Origin: Candidatus Kapaibacterium sp.
GTDB taxonomy: Bacteria; Bacteroidota; Ignavibacteria; Kapaibacteriales; UBA961
Assembly (NCBI GenBank): GCA_046328995.1
Contig: JAXLVN010000001.1
Span: forward strand, 542,593 to 606,592
Length of the DNA stretch: 64,000 nt
Reading direction: 5' to 3'
Shown here one piece after another: positions 27,640 to 35,814 of the stretch (positions are counted from its first letter, which is position 1; each line of letters begins with the position of its first letter). Under the pieces are notes generated by a model. It ran no database searches. It was given only the letters and a program-made list of their open reading frames with translations, and was not told the origin of the DNA. The translations under genes were made by a program, and so were the position numbers.

Positions 27640-27768
27640 CTCTCGGACAGATTTTCAAACTTGCCGTAAATACTTACATTGGAACGGCTGTATTTTGTAA
27701 GTGCTCAATGGTTCATGGGTTTGTGTTGACGGGCAGTTCTAAAAACTATATGGACCGGAAATTCTACG
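27640..27768. repeat. Cassette-junction repeat, copy E
   Basis: CCGTAAATACTTACATTGGAACGGCTGTATTTTG...TTGTGTTGACGGGCAGTTCTAAAAACTATATGGACCGGAAATTC. Confidence 0.75.
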
Positions 27769-27774
27769 TCCGTT

Positions 27775-27890
27775 AGGTTTTTAAACAAACCGTAAGTACT
27801 TACTTCTAATACGTTTGCTCGTTGAATGTGCTGTACAGATGACAGTTAAGTGATACTATACATTTTTAAGAACAGTCCGGTCTGGGGTTC
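27775..27890. repeat. Cassette-junction repeat, copy F (degenerate, directly follows copy E)
   Basis: CCGTAAGTACTTACTTCTAATACGTTTGCTCGTTGAATG...TTTTTAAGAACAGTCCGGTCTGG. No ORF lies between E and F. Confidence 0.6.
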
Positions 27891-27895
27891 ACTTT

Positions 27896-28225
27896 TTATA
27901 ATTTTCTTGCTTGGTATTTATAGCGTTCAACAAACTCTCTGGCATCTCTGAGGTTTTCAGGGTATGCAACAAGATTTTGAAATGAAGTTATTCCGTTGTT
28001 AGTTTCTACAGTCTCGTAAATGTGCTGGAAGTAAAAACCATTATCAATCAGTAATTTAACAGTTTCCCACTTTTTGTCATCCGATTTTTTAGGCGGTCGA
28101 AACCTGTGAGATAAAAGCAGCATCGGTTTGCCACATGTTGGACAGTTGGCTTCTCTTCTGTTATTCAAGTCAGTACCTTGACTAAATGATATTCTGCAGT
28201 CTAAACAAACTACTTTATGTCCCAT
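27896..28225 (-). CDS. Hypothetical zinc-ribbon protein
   Basis: 109 aa with CLDC...CPTC (a CxxC-x18-CxxC pattern). Confidence 0.5.
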   Translation of the reverse strand: MGHKVVCLDCRISFSQGTDLNNRREANCPTCGKPMLLLSHRFRPPKKSDDKKWETVKLLIDNGFYFQHIYETVETNNGITSFQNLVAYPENLRDAREFVERYKYQARKL

Positions 28226-28239
28226 TGTCGTAATGTTGT

Positions 28240-28370
28240 AATATTTTGCCCTGTCAGTTTTTTAAAATGGCCGTAAATACTTACTGCTGAAACAGTTGCA
28301 AGTTGAAAGAACATTGAACTTCATAGGTTAGTGTTGACGGGCAGTTCTAAGAACTGCACGGACTGTAAGA
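28240..28370. repeat. Cassette-junction repeat, copy G (near-consensus)
   Basis: CCGTAAATACTTACTGCTGAAACAGTTGCAAGTTGAAAGAAC...ATAGGTTAGTGTTGACGGGCAGTTCTAAGAACTGCACGGACTGTAAGA. Its right end abuts the stop codon at 28371. Confidence 0.85.
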
Positions 28371-29327
28371 TTATTTAGATAAGCAGTGTATTCTTTCTGT
28401 CACTTTATATACTTTACCGGTGTCAGCGGGTTGAGAGTAATCAAATTTGTAATACTTTTCAACATAGCAGCTACAGTTATTGTTCTTCAAAGTCACGCTA
28501 ATAATTTTAGATCCTCCAAAATTTGATTGTCTGATTGTTGTTACAGCATATCCATTTGCTTTACACTTTTCAACGAGTTCAATTCTTTGGTTTGGGTCGT
28601 TTATATAAGCTTGAGAATCATTATAAATATCAGTAAATTCGAGTGGTTTTTTATTACAAAGCTTCAAATTCTTAAAATCGAAACTTTGGAAACTAGTTTC
28701 AACAAACTCATCACTTTTAATCGTGCCATATTGGTAATTGTAATTTTTGTCCTTCCCTTCAGATCCATTAATTACTTTAAACGATTCAATATCAACCCCA
28801 TATACGATGTCATTGTTATTCACTATTTGTTTTTTAGTCTTTCCCCAATCTTCGTCGATAGGAATAAACTCGTTGATATCTTCAAGATAAACAGTGTCTC
28901 GCCCATGAATTAATAAATTGCCTGCTTTTGCCCATGGATATGTAAGTAATTCGATTTTATGAGGATTAATTCCTTTAATGACACAATCATTCAAACTGTT
29001 GTAAAATCCAAAAAAATACGCACTGTTTTTATCGGCAAAAATATAATTCCCTATGAATTTAAAAGTCGAGGGGTCGATATTTTTCATTGGTATTCCATCC
29101 ATGAATATATGTTTTTTATCTTTTCCAAAAGCAAAATTACAATCACAATTGAATTCTACTTTTTGAAAAGATTTTGCATCTGCTTCTTCAATGAGACGTT
29201 TTCCTTGCCCACTAGCCTCGTTCCAATATTCATAATAAACCTTCTGATTTTCTATTTTGTAACCTCTTCTGCAACCTGCCAACAAACAAATTGATAAAAC
29301 TATAAAGAATACTTGCCTAAATGTCAT
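28371..29327 (-). CDS. DKNYY-family lipoprotein
   Basis: 318 aa with lipobox LLAGC. Has repeated DKN-type motifs (GKDKKHIFMDG, DKNSAYFFG, GKDKNYNYQYG). Confidence 0.55.
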   Translation of the reverse strand: MTFRQVFFIVLSICLLAGCRRGYKIENQKVYYEYWNEASGQGKRLIEEADAKSFQKVEFNCDCNFAFGKDKKHIFMDGIPMKNIDPSTFKFIGNYIFADKNSAYFFGFYNSLNDCVIKGINPHKIELLTYPWAKAGNLLIHGRDTVYLEDINEFIPIDEDWGKTKKQIVNNNDIVYGVDIESFKVINGSEGKDKNYNYQYGTIKSDEFVETSFQSFDFKNLKLCNKKPLEFTDIYNDSQAYINDPNQRIELVEKCKANGYAVTTIRQSNFGGSKIISVTLKNNNCSCYVEKYYKFDYSQPADTGKVYKVTERIHCLSK

Positions 29328-29344
29328 TTTAGATTACCTTTTAT

Positions 29345-29400
29345 AATTACCGCCGAAATCTGAACAATTGCAACCGTTGCATTATACCCTAACACAGTCA
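29345..29400. repeat. Possible decayed remnant of the cassette-junction repeat (copy J)
   Basis: ACCGCCGAAATCTGAACAATTGCAACCGTTGCATT loosely matches the ACCGCTGAAACGGTTGC core. No distal hairpin. Confidence 0.3.
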
Positions 29401-29464
29401 TTTATATCTACCTAATTCCCTTCCGGCTTTATCGAATCTATCGGAATCTTATACAACTTTGGTT

Positions 29465-29857
29465 CTACGTGCGCATTACTCTTTGTCGAAGTTTCTCTTG
29501 TAACCGCCCACCTTCCCTGCTTAAATACTCCTCTCCTTTTCTCGTAAGTTTGATTGAATAGACTTCGTTGCATGGATACCAATTTGCAGGATTGTTTAAC
29601 ACCTGCTCAATATCCTGTAACTCAACTTTCTCAATCGGCTCGGAAGCATACGACTCGGCAAACTTTTCTATAATGATCAATTCATCTGTGAGCAAATCAA
29701 CAAGCAGTTCGTGAGCTATTCTGTATTTGTCTTCAATTGTCAAAGGAAAATGCCCAAGCTCCCACGTTAACATATAAATTCCCGGATTTCCATCGAAAGC
29801 ATTTTCAAGGAAAACAAGTTTTTCAATATCAAGGTCAATGTCACGATAGTTTGCCAT
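29465..29857 (-). CDS. Hypothetical protein
   Basis: 130-aa ORF with no recognised domain. Confidence 0.5.
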   Translation of the reverse strand: MANYRDIDLDIEKLVFLENAFDGNPGIYMLTWELGHFPLTIEDKYRIAHELLVDLLTDELIIIEKFAESYASEPIEKVELQDIEQVLNNPANWYPCNEVYSIKLTRKGEEYLSREGGRLQEKLRQRVMRT

Positions 29858-29900
29858 TGTTTTTATGAGTATTCTTTGTTAGAAGTACATTTTTGTTCAA

Positions 29901-30031
29901 TTTTTCTGTCCGGTCAGTTTTTTAAACTGACTGTAAATACTTACCGCTGAAACGGTTGCGTGTTGAACGAGCAGTATGTTTTACAGGTTTATGTTGAGGG
30001 GCAGTTCTAAGAACTGCTCGGACTGGAAAAT
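29901..30031. repeat. Cassette-junction repeat, copy H (near-consensus, strongest terminal inverted repeats)
   Basis: The left end TTTTTCTGTCCGGTCAGTTTTTTAAAC is the inverted match of the right end GAACTGCTCGGACTGGAAAAT. The core is as in copy G. Confidence 0.85.
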
Positions 30032-30064
30032 CCCATGTTAGTGGCTGGCTTTTTTTCTTCGTAT

Positions 30065-30538
30065 TTATTCATCTTCTAGTTCTCCGTCATTATAACTTAC
30101 TCTCGTCAGCCCTCGTCCATTCTTAAAAACAAGTTGTAGTCCGTGTTCTTCTTCCCATTTACAACCACATTCAACTAAAACAAAAACTTCACCTTTTTCA
30201 TTCTGGTATAGAATTATATCTGTCGGATAAACATAATCCCAAATTTCATTGTCGGATTTTAATTCAAGTCTTGGCGTATAGTCAAAAATTAAATTCTGTT
30301 TATAGTTCTCTATGATTTGAGAAGAATGGTTATGTCGTTCAGAAATTGAAAGTTGCATAAAATTATCAAGTGCAATGTCTGCAAGTGTAAAATAGCTTTC
30401 ATTTTCAGCTTCTGTAAAAACAATATTCAGTCGTTTATTTTGAAAATATGGTATTTCAATTAATTCGCTATTCCACCATTCTTCAAAGTTTTCGTCTTGT
30501 ATTAGTTGCCCTGCAATTTTTGAAATCATATTTACCAT
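30065..30538 (-). CDS. Hypothetical protein (DUF6985-like C-terminus)
   Basis: 157 aa. ECGCKWEEEHGLQLVFKNGRGLTRV resembles the DUF6985 C-terminal motif (from memory). Its start overlaps the upstream stop by 7 nt. Confidence 0.4.
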   Translation of the reverse strand: MVNMISKIAGQLIQDENFEEWWNSELIEIPYFQNKRLNIVFTEAENESYFTLADIALDNFMQLSISERHNHSSQIIENYKQNLIFDYTPRLELKSDNEIWDYVYPTDIILYQNEKGEVFVLVECGCKWEEEHGLQLVFKNGRGLTRVSYNDGELEDE

Positions 30539-30996
30539 TCAATTTGTTCTGTAAATGCTTTGTCTTTATAATTCTTAAAGTCACAAATCTTAAAGTGTGA
30601 TTTGTCCAAAATATTAAGTTCCCATATTGAAGAATTGTCTGCCCAAGGATCAATTAAAATTTGAACACTATTTAGATTTATTTGTCTAATTCTACAAGCC
30701 CAATACAATTCGTCAACTTCTAGTTCAGTTGTTTCTTTTGTAGTCCAAATTATTACAGTAGAACCACCAATTACACACCATTTATTGTCTTGGTCAATAA
30801 GCCCACAGCTTGGGTCGCCATACATACTACCTAATTCATATCTCTCATTTGTTTCTTTGTCGAATAAGTATGTTTCTTCAAAAATATGACCAAGAACATA
30901 CTTATTAGTTTCGTTTAAAATTTTAAAATTGTCGTCCACTGTTTTTGTTATGTAGAGTGTCTCTGAAGCTTGCGACCAAAATCTGAATGAACGCAA
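30532..30996 (-). CDS. Hypothetical protein (TTG start or 5'-truncated)
   Basis: 154-aa ORF. The only in-frame start is TTG at 30996, with a TAA three codons upstream. Translationally coupled to 30065..30538. Confidence 0.4.
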   Translation of the reverse strand: MRSFRFWSQASETLYITKTVDDNFKILNETNKYVLGHIFEETYLFDKETNERYELGSMYGDPSCGLIDQDNKWCVIGGSTVIIWTTKETTELEVDELYWACRIRQINLNSVQILIDPWADNSSIWELNILDKSHFKICDFKNYKDKAFTEQIEW

Positions 30997-31097
30997 CTTT
31001 TGAGTTTATATCCTAAATATTTTCGTTCGCATCTACCTTATTCCCATTCGGTTAGTCGTTTCTTACCTGCCAAAAACCATCAAGCAATCTTTTCATT

Positions 31098-31140
31098 GGC
31101 AAGTACTTACGGGCTGTTGTAGCAACAGCCCGGACGAAAA
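31098..31140. repeat. Cassette-junction repeat, short form (copy I)
   Basis: GGCAAGTACTTAC is joined directly to the hairpin GGGCTGTTG-TAG-CAACAGCCC (31111-31131), followed by GGACGAAAA. Lies 50 nt downstream of the ABC transporter stop. Confidence 0.6.
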
Positions 31141-31189
31141 CAAACACCACCAGCCGTTCATTGAACAAAGCCGAAATGGCCGAAATTAC

Positions 31190-33376
31190 TTAATTCCCCA
31201 ACTCCAACTGATTCTTCACCAGATGATAATACATTCCCCGTGCTGCGGTGAGTTCGTCGTGGGTGCCGCGCTCGACGATTGTTCCTCGGTCGAGAACGAG
31301 GATTTGGTCGGCGTTTTTGACAGTGCTGAGGCGGTGGGCGATGACGAGAACCGTCTTGCCGGCGCAGAATTTGCTGAGCTTTTCCATGATGGCGCGTTCG
31401 TTGTTGGCGTCTAAGGCGCTTGTGGCTTCGTCGAAGAAGAGATAATCGGGGTTTTTATAGACTGCACGTGCGATGAGTATCCGTTGCTTTTGTCCCTGAC
31501 TTAGTCCATGCCCGTCCTGCCCTATTTTCGTCGTGTAACCGAGCGGAAGAGATTCGATAAATTCTTTGATATTCGCTACTTCCACGGCATACATGAGGCG
31601 TTCGCGGTTGATGTGTTCGTCTCCAGGCGCCACATTTCGGGCAATCGTATCCGAGAAAATAAACCCGTCCTGCATCACCACCCCGCAATGCTCCCGCCAT
31701 ACTTTGGTGCTGAGATTGTCGATAGATGTATTGCCGATGCGAATATCACCGGTAGTGGGCTTGTAGAATTTCAGGAGTAACTTCAGGAGTGTTGTTTTCC
31801 CGCTTCCACTTACGCCGACGATTGCTGTCGTCTTCCCTGCCGGAATCGTGCAGTCAATTCCCGACAAAGTCGGCTCGGCATGAGGATTATCATAATGGAA
31901 ATTCACGCTGCTCATACGGATCGTTTTGTCATTCGGCATCTCCTCGAGCAGCTCCGCTTCGTCATTTTCCTCATCGTCTTTCGTGTGAATCTCTTTGATC
32001 CGCTCAAGACTCAGGCGCGCATCCTGCGCTGTCGAGAAGAATCCAAGTAATTGATCTATAGGACTATTAAGCGCGCCGATGATATAGGACACCGACATCA
32101 TCATACCAAGCGTCATGTTACCGTGAATTACTTCACTTGCCGCCAGAAAGGTAATGATGATATTTTTCAACTCATTGATAAATAAGAGTCCCGCTTGCTG
32201 ATATTGCCCCAAGCTCAAGCTTTTCACCGTAATCTGGAATAAATTCGCCTGCAAACGTTCCCATTCCCAGCGTTTTTCTGTTTCGATGGTGTTGAGCTTG
32301 ATTTCCTGCATGCCGTTGATGAGTTGGATGAGCGAACTCTGATTCTCACTCATTTTTGCGAACCGTCTATAGTCGAGTTCGGCTCGCTTGCGCATAAATA
32401 CAAACACCCAGCCAACAGCCGCACAGCTTCCGATACCGAAAATCAGCGCCATTTTCATACTATAGACAGCCATTAATATTCCAAAAACTACGATATTAAT
32501 GATGGAGAAAATGACATTTAATCCGTTGCTGGTCAGGAATCCTTCGACGCGCTTATGGTCGCCGATTCTCTGCAAAATATCGCCGATCATTTTTGTATCA
32601 AAATACGACATCGGGAGCTTCATGAGCTTCATCAGGAAGTCGGAAACGATGGAGATATTTATTCGTGCGCCGATGTGGAGTAATATCCAACTGCGTATGA
32701 ATTCAACACTTGTGCGACTCACAAACAGCACAAGCTGCGCTACGAGCATGAGCGTGACAAAGTCAGTATTCTGCGTGTTTACTCCATAATCAACCAGCGA
32801 TTGGGTAAGAAGCGGAAAGAGTAAACCGATCAGACTCCCCACCACTGCGCCCAACACAAGCTGCACGATATGCCGTTTATATCCTGTGAGATAGGCAAAT
32901 AAAAACCCGAATCCTTTCCCTGCCTGATTACGTTCGTCCTTCATGGCTTTGAAGTCAGGAGTCGGCTCGAGCATGAGCACTATTCCCTGTTCTTTCCCGC
33001 TACTCGCCCATTCATCGAGGAAATCTTTCTTCGTATAGGTGATGATACCATGCGCGGGATCGCCAATCGTGAGCACATTACCCGCTACTTTATACAGCAC
33101 GACAAAGTGATTCTGCCGCCAATGAAGAATACATGGTAAGGGAATTTCCTGTAATTGGTCAAAGTGAATACGCCCGGCTCTTGTTTTAAAGCCGATCGAC
33201 TCAGCAGCATCGCTGAGCCCGCGTAAAGGAACGCCTTCGCGGGTGATATAGCTCCGGTCGCGGAGGGTTTGGAGTCGGTAGGTCTTGCCGTAATACTTGG
33301 CAATCATTCGCACACAGGTCGGACCACAATCTTTCGAATCATATTGTTTATAAAAGGGATAACGTAACCTAACCAT
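31190..33376 (-). CDS. Peptidase C39 domain-containing ABC transporter (bacteriocin/peptide processing-export type)
   Basis: 728 aa. Features: an N-terminal C39 domain (YKQYDSKDCGPTCVRMIAKYYG, NHFVVLY), six TM helices, Walker A GVSGSGKTT, signature LSQGQKQR and Walker B LFFDEATSALD. Confidence 0.9.
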   Translation of the reverse strand: MVRLRYPFYKQYDSKDCGPTCVRMIAKYYGKTYRLQTLRDRSYITREGVPLRGLSDAAESIGFKTRAGRIHFDQLQEIPLPCILHWRQNHFVVLYKVAGNVLTIGDPAHGIITYTKKDFLDEWASSGKEQGIVLMLEPTPDFKAMKDERNQAGKGFGFLFAYLTGYKRHIVQLVLGAVVGSLIGLLFPLLTQSLVDYGVNTQNTDFVTLMLVAQLVLFVSRTSVEFIRSWILLHIGARINISIVSDFLMKLMKLPMSYFDTKMIGDILQRIGDHKRVEGFLTSNGLNVIFSIINIVVFGILMAVYSMKMALIFGIGSCAAVGWVFVFMRKRAELDYRRFAKMSENQSSLIQLINGMQEIKLNTIETEKRWEWERLQANLFQITVKSLSLGQYQQAGLLFINELKNIIITFLAASEVIHGNMTLGMMMSVSYIIGALNSPIDQLLGFFSTAQDARLSLERIKEIHTKDDEENDEAELLEEMPNDKTIRMSSVNFHYDNPHAEPTLSGIDCTIPAGKTTAIVGVSGSGKTTLLKLLLKFYKPTTGDIRIGNTSIDNLSTKVWREHCGVVMQDGFIFSDTIARNVAPGDEHINRERLMYAVEVANIKEFIESLPLGYTTKIGQDGHGLSQGQKQRILIARAVYKNPDYLFFDEATSALDANNERAIMEKLSKFCAGKTVLVIAHRLSTVKNADQILVLDRGTIVERGTHDELTAARGMYYHLVKNQLELGN

Positions 33377-33624
33377 GAATGCGCTTTGGAATTACTGGAG
33401 AGAAGAATGGGTCTAGATAATCTGTCAGTATGCAATTTATGGAAAATTCTTGTGGTAGAGTACTGCCGTCCTGCGGAATTGAGTGCAATCCTCATCGGTC
33501 ATTGATTTTTGGTAAATAATGAACGCTCATTTTTCTACTTCCTAAAAAAACGATAAATTACTCACAAACTATGGTGTTGTGACTGAACTTTGTTCCTTCT
33601 TCGTTCCTAATTCTTGAGATACGT

Positions 33625-35634
33625 ATGCGCTTTGTTTTCTGTTTGCTTCTCCTCGTTGTCGGCTCTTCTCTCCCGTCCTTCGCCGCTGTCTCCCGCCTTG
33701 ACTCCTTGAAAACCGTATTGCAGCGTTCGCCGATGGATACTTCCCGTACGCGGCTCATGACCGAAATTGCGGCTGAATATTTCTCTCTCGGTCAGGCAGA
33801 AGCATGCCGTGCACTTGCGGAAGAATTACGCGTGTACGGCATGAAGATCGGCGACAACACAGCATTAGGTAAATCATTGATGATACTGGGTAATATTGCC
33901 TTTCAGCAGAAAAAACATGACAGCGCTCAGCATTATTTTTTACGCGCGTTTTCTGCTGCTTCTCCCATACATGATGATGTAACGGCAGGCCGTGGACTCT
34001 TAGGCGCAGGTCTTGTGGAACGGGAGTATAGCAATCTCGATAAAGCATTAGACTATTTTCTACAAGCCAAGCCGTTTCTGCTGCGTTCGAAGAATGCTCG
34101 CTATGTCAATTACCTGTACAATAATATCGGCGGTGTCTATACCTTCAAAGCAGACCTTGCGGGTGAAGTTCAAGTGAGGAAAGAACTCTTCGCCTGGAAT
34201 ACGTCCATGCATGATACCGTCTATATGGCGCAGACCTGTAATGGTATTGCGTTGCTCTACGCCTACAAGGGACTCTATAAAGAAGCAATTCCATGGGCAG
34301 AGAAAGCTGTGCGATTGTATAAATCGTTGCAACGCTTTGCAGATGTGTCGAACTCGTATCTTACGATCGGCGAAGCGCATTTAAAGCTTGGTCATTATGA
34401 CATTGCCATCGAAAAGTATCTTGAATGCTATTCCCTTGCCGAGAAAGCCGGCAGCATGGAAGGCATGGCCAACACGCTTACAAATATCGCCGGAATCTAC
34501 TACGACTTACATAATTATGATGAGTCCAAGCGCTATTTTGAGAGAGCACTCGCGATCTATTCCTCAATGCCTGTCATCGATCGTATTGAAAATAATAAAG
34601 CCATTTGCCATAATGCAATCGGTGAGATTTACTTTCAACAGGGAAAGTATGACAAAGCATTACAAGAATTCAATGCAGCTCTTCTTCAGCTCTCCCTGCA
34701 TCCCAATATCTCCACGACTGCATCCTGTAAGCAGTATATTTCTCAAGTCTATTATGTGAAGAAAGACTATGCGACTGCTCTTGAATATCTGCGCGAGTCA
34801 CTTCGCCTCTACGAGTCAGTCATTGAAAATGAAGGTATAGCTTCCTCGCTTGCTTCCATGGCTGAAGTCCATTTTGCACTCAAAAATTATGACTCGACCG
34901 TGTTTTTTGGAGAAAAAAGTCTGACCTATTCTACGCTCACGAATATTCAAAAGCAACTTCAGGTAACGTACGATATCCTGAGTCAGGCGTATCATGCCAA
35001 GCACAACGAACCAAAAGCGTACAGCTACCTTCTCCGTGCATATCAACTAAAAGACAGTTTGCTGACCTTCGATAAAACCCGTGAAATCGGCAAGATAGAA
35101 GCGAGCTATCAAATGAAGAAAAAGCAGGAAGAAGAGCAGCGCGCGCAGGAAATCCGCTTCAGACAGACAGAAGAAGCCCGTCAACGGAAAAATAATATTG
35201 AATATCTCGGGATTTTGATATTTGTGATTGGTTCGCTGGTGCTATTATACTTCATCCGCAAAACAGGTGTGAAGGCCACGCTAATTGAACGCTATGTGTT
35301 CCTGCTCTTTTTATTGGTCTTCGAATTTGTCGGCCTGCTGCTCAATGATCCTATCAACAGTATAGCCGGTGGCGATCAACTTATCAATCTTCTGGCTGCC
35401 GTGGTAATAGCAGTCATCCTCACTCCTATTCATACTGTACTTCATACCTTTATCGTTAAGAAACTTTTGCCGAAACAGGTCAATGCCAAGATGTATGAAC
35501 AGTCAATACTATCGGATGTCGGGAATAGGAAGAAGTCATTTCCACCGTTGAGTTCATCGAGTATTGACAATAAAGCCCACGACACACCAAGCCCTACAAA
35601 CGATGACTCAACTCCCGGACCGCCTTTATCATAA
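33625..35634 (+). CDS. Tetratricopeptide-repeat protein with a C-terminal membrane region
   Basis: 669 aa with a signal peptide, many TPR-like repeats, a coiled-coil KKQEEEQRAQEIRFRQTEEARQRK, then three hydrophobic helices. No kinase or other output domain. Confidence 0.7.
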   Translation: MRFVFCLLLLVVGSSLPSFAAVSRLDSLKTVLQRSPMDTSRTRLMTEIAAEYFSLGQAEACRALAEELRVYGMKIGDNTALGKSLMILGNIAFQQKKHDSAQHYFLRAFSAASPIHDDVTAGRGLLGAGLVEREYSNLDKALDYFLQAKPFLLRSKNARYVNYLYNNIGGVYTFKADLAGEVQVRKELFAWNTSMHDTVYMAQTCNGIALLYAYKGLYKEAIPWAEKAVRLYKSLQRFADVSNSYLTIGEAHLKLGHYDIAIEKYLECYSLAEKAGSMEGMANTLTNIAGIYYDLHNYDESKRYFERALAIYSSMPVIDRIENNKAICHNAIGEIYFQQGKYDKALQEFNAALLQLSLHPNISTTASCKQYISQVYYVKKDYATALEYLRESLRLYESVIENEGIASSLASMAEVHFALKNYDSTVFFGEKSLTYSTLTNIQKQLQVTYDILSQAYHAKHNEPKAYSYLLRAYQLKDSLLTFDKTREIGKIEASYQMKKKQEEEQRAQEIRFRQTEEARQRKNNIEYLGILIFVIGSLVLLYFIRKTGVKATLIERYVFLLFLLVFEFVGLLLNDPINSIAGGDQLINLLAAVVIAVILTPIHTVLHTFIVKKLLPKQVNAKMYEQSILSDVGNRKKSFPPLSSSSIDNKAHDTPSPTNDDSTPGPPLS

Positions 35635-35701
35635 TTGTCACGCCAAGTAGCAGGTTTATTATCAAGTTATAAAGATATTCATATAGTAATTATTACCATA
35701 C

Positions 35702-35814
35702 TGTCATTCTGAGCCCTTCTTAGGGTGAAGAATCGAAACTTGCTGTATGACCCTACCCTTTACGACATCAACACGTTTCGATTCTTCAGCCCCTTCGACT
35801 CCTTACCAATGACA
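35702..35814. repeat. 113-bp inverted-repeat (MITE/REP-like) element, copy 1
   Basis: TGTCATTCTGAGCCCTTCTTAGGGTGAAGAATCGAAAC ... GTTTCGATTCTTCAGCCCCTTCGACTCCTTACCAATGACA. A second copy lies at 38346..38454. Confidence 0.75.

Noticed and set aside
24647-31140. Calling the junction repeats bona fide integron attC sites
   Set aside because: I could not place complementary R''/R' boxes (RYYYAAC ... GTTRRRY) at the ends. The terminal inverted repeats read ..GTCCGNNCAGTT / AACTGNNCGGAC.. instead. The interior has local hairpins rather than one long bulged stem. No intI is in the window. I report the array only as integron-like, pending a covariance-model test.
30065-33624. Calling the C39 ABC transporter region a bacteriocin biosynthesis locus
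   Set aside because: I found no double-glycine-leader precursor ORF, HlyD-type adaptor or modification enzyme in the flanks.
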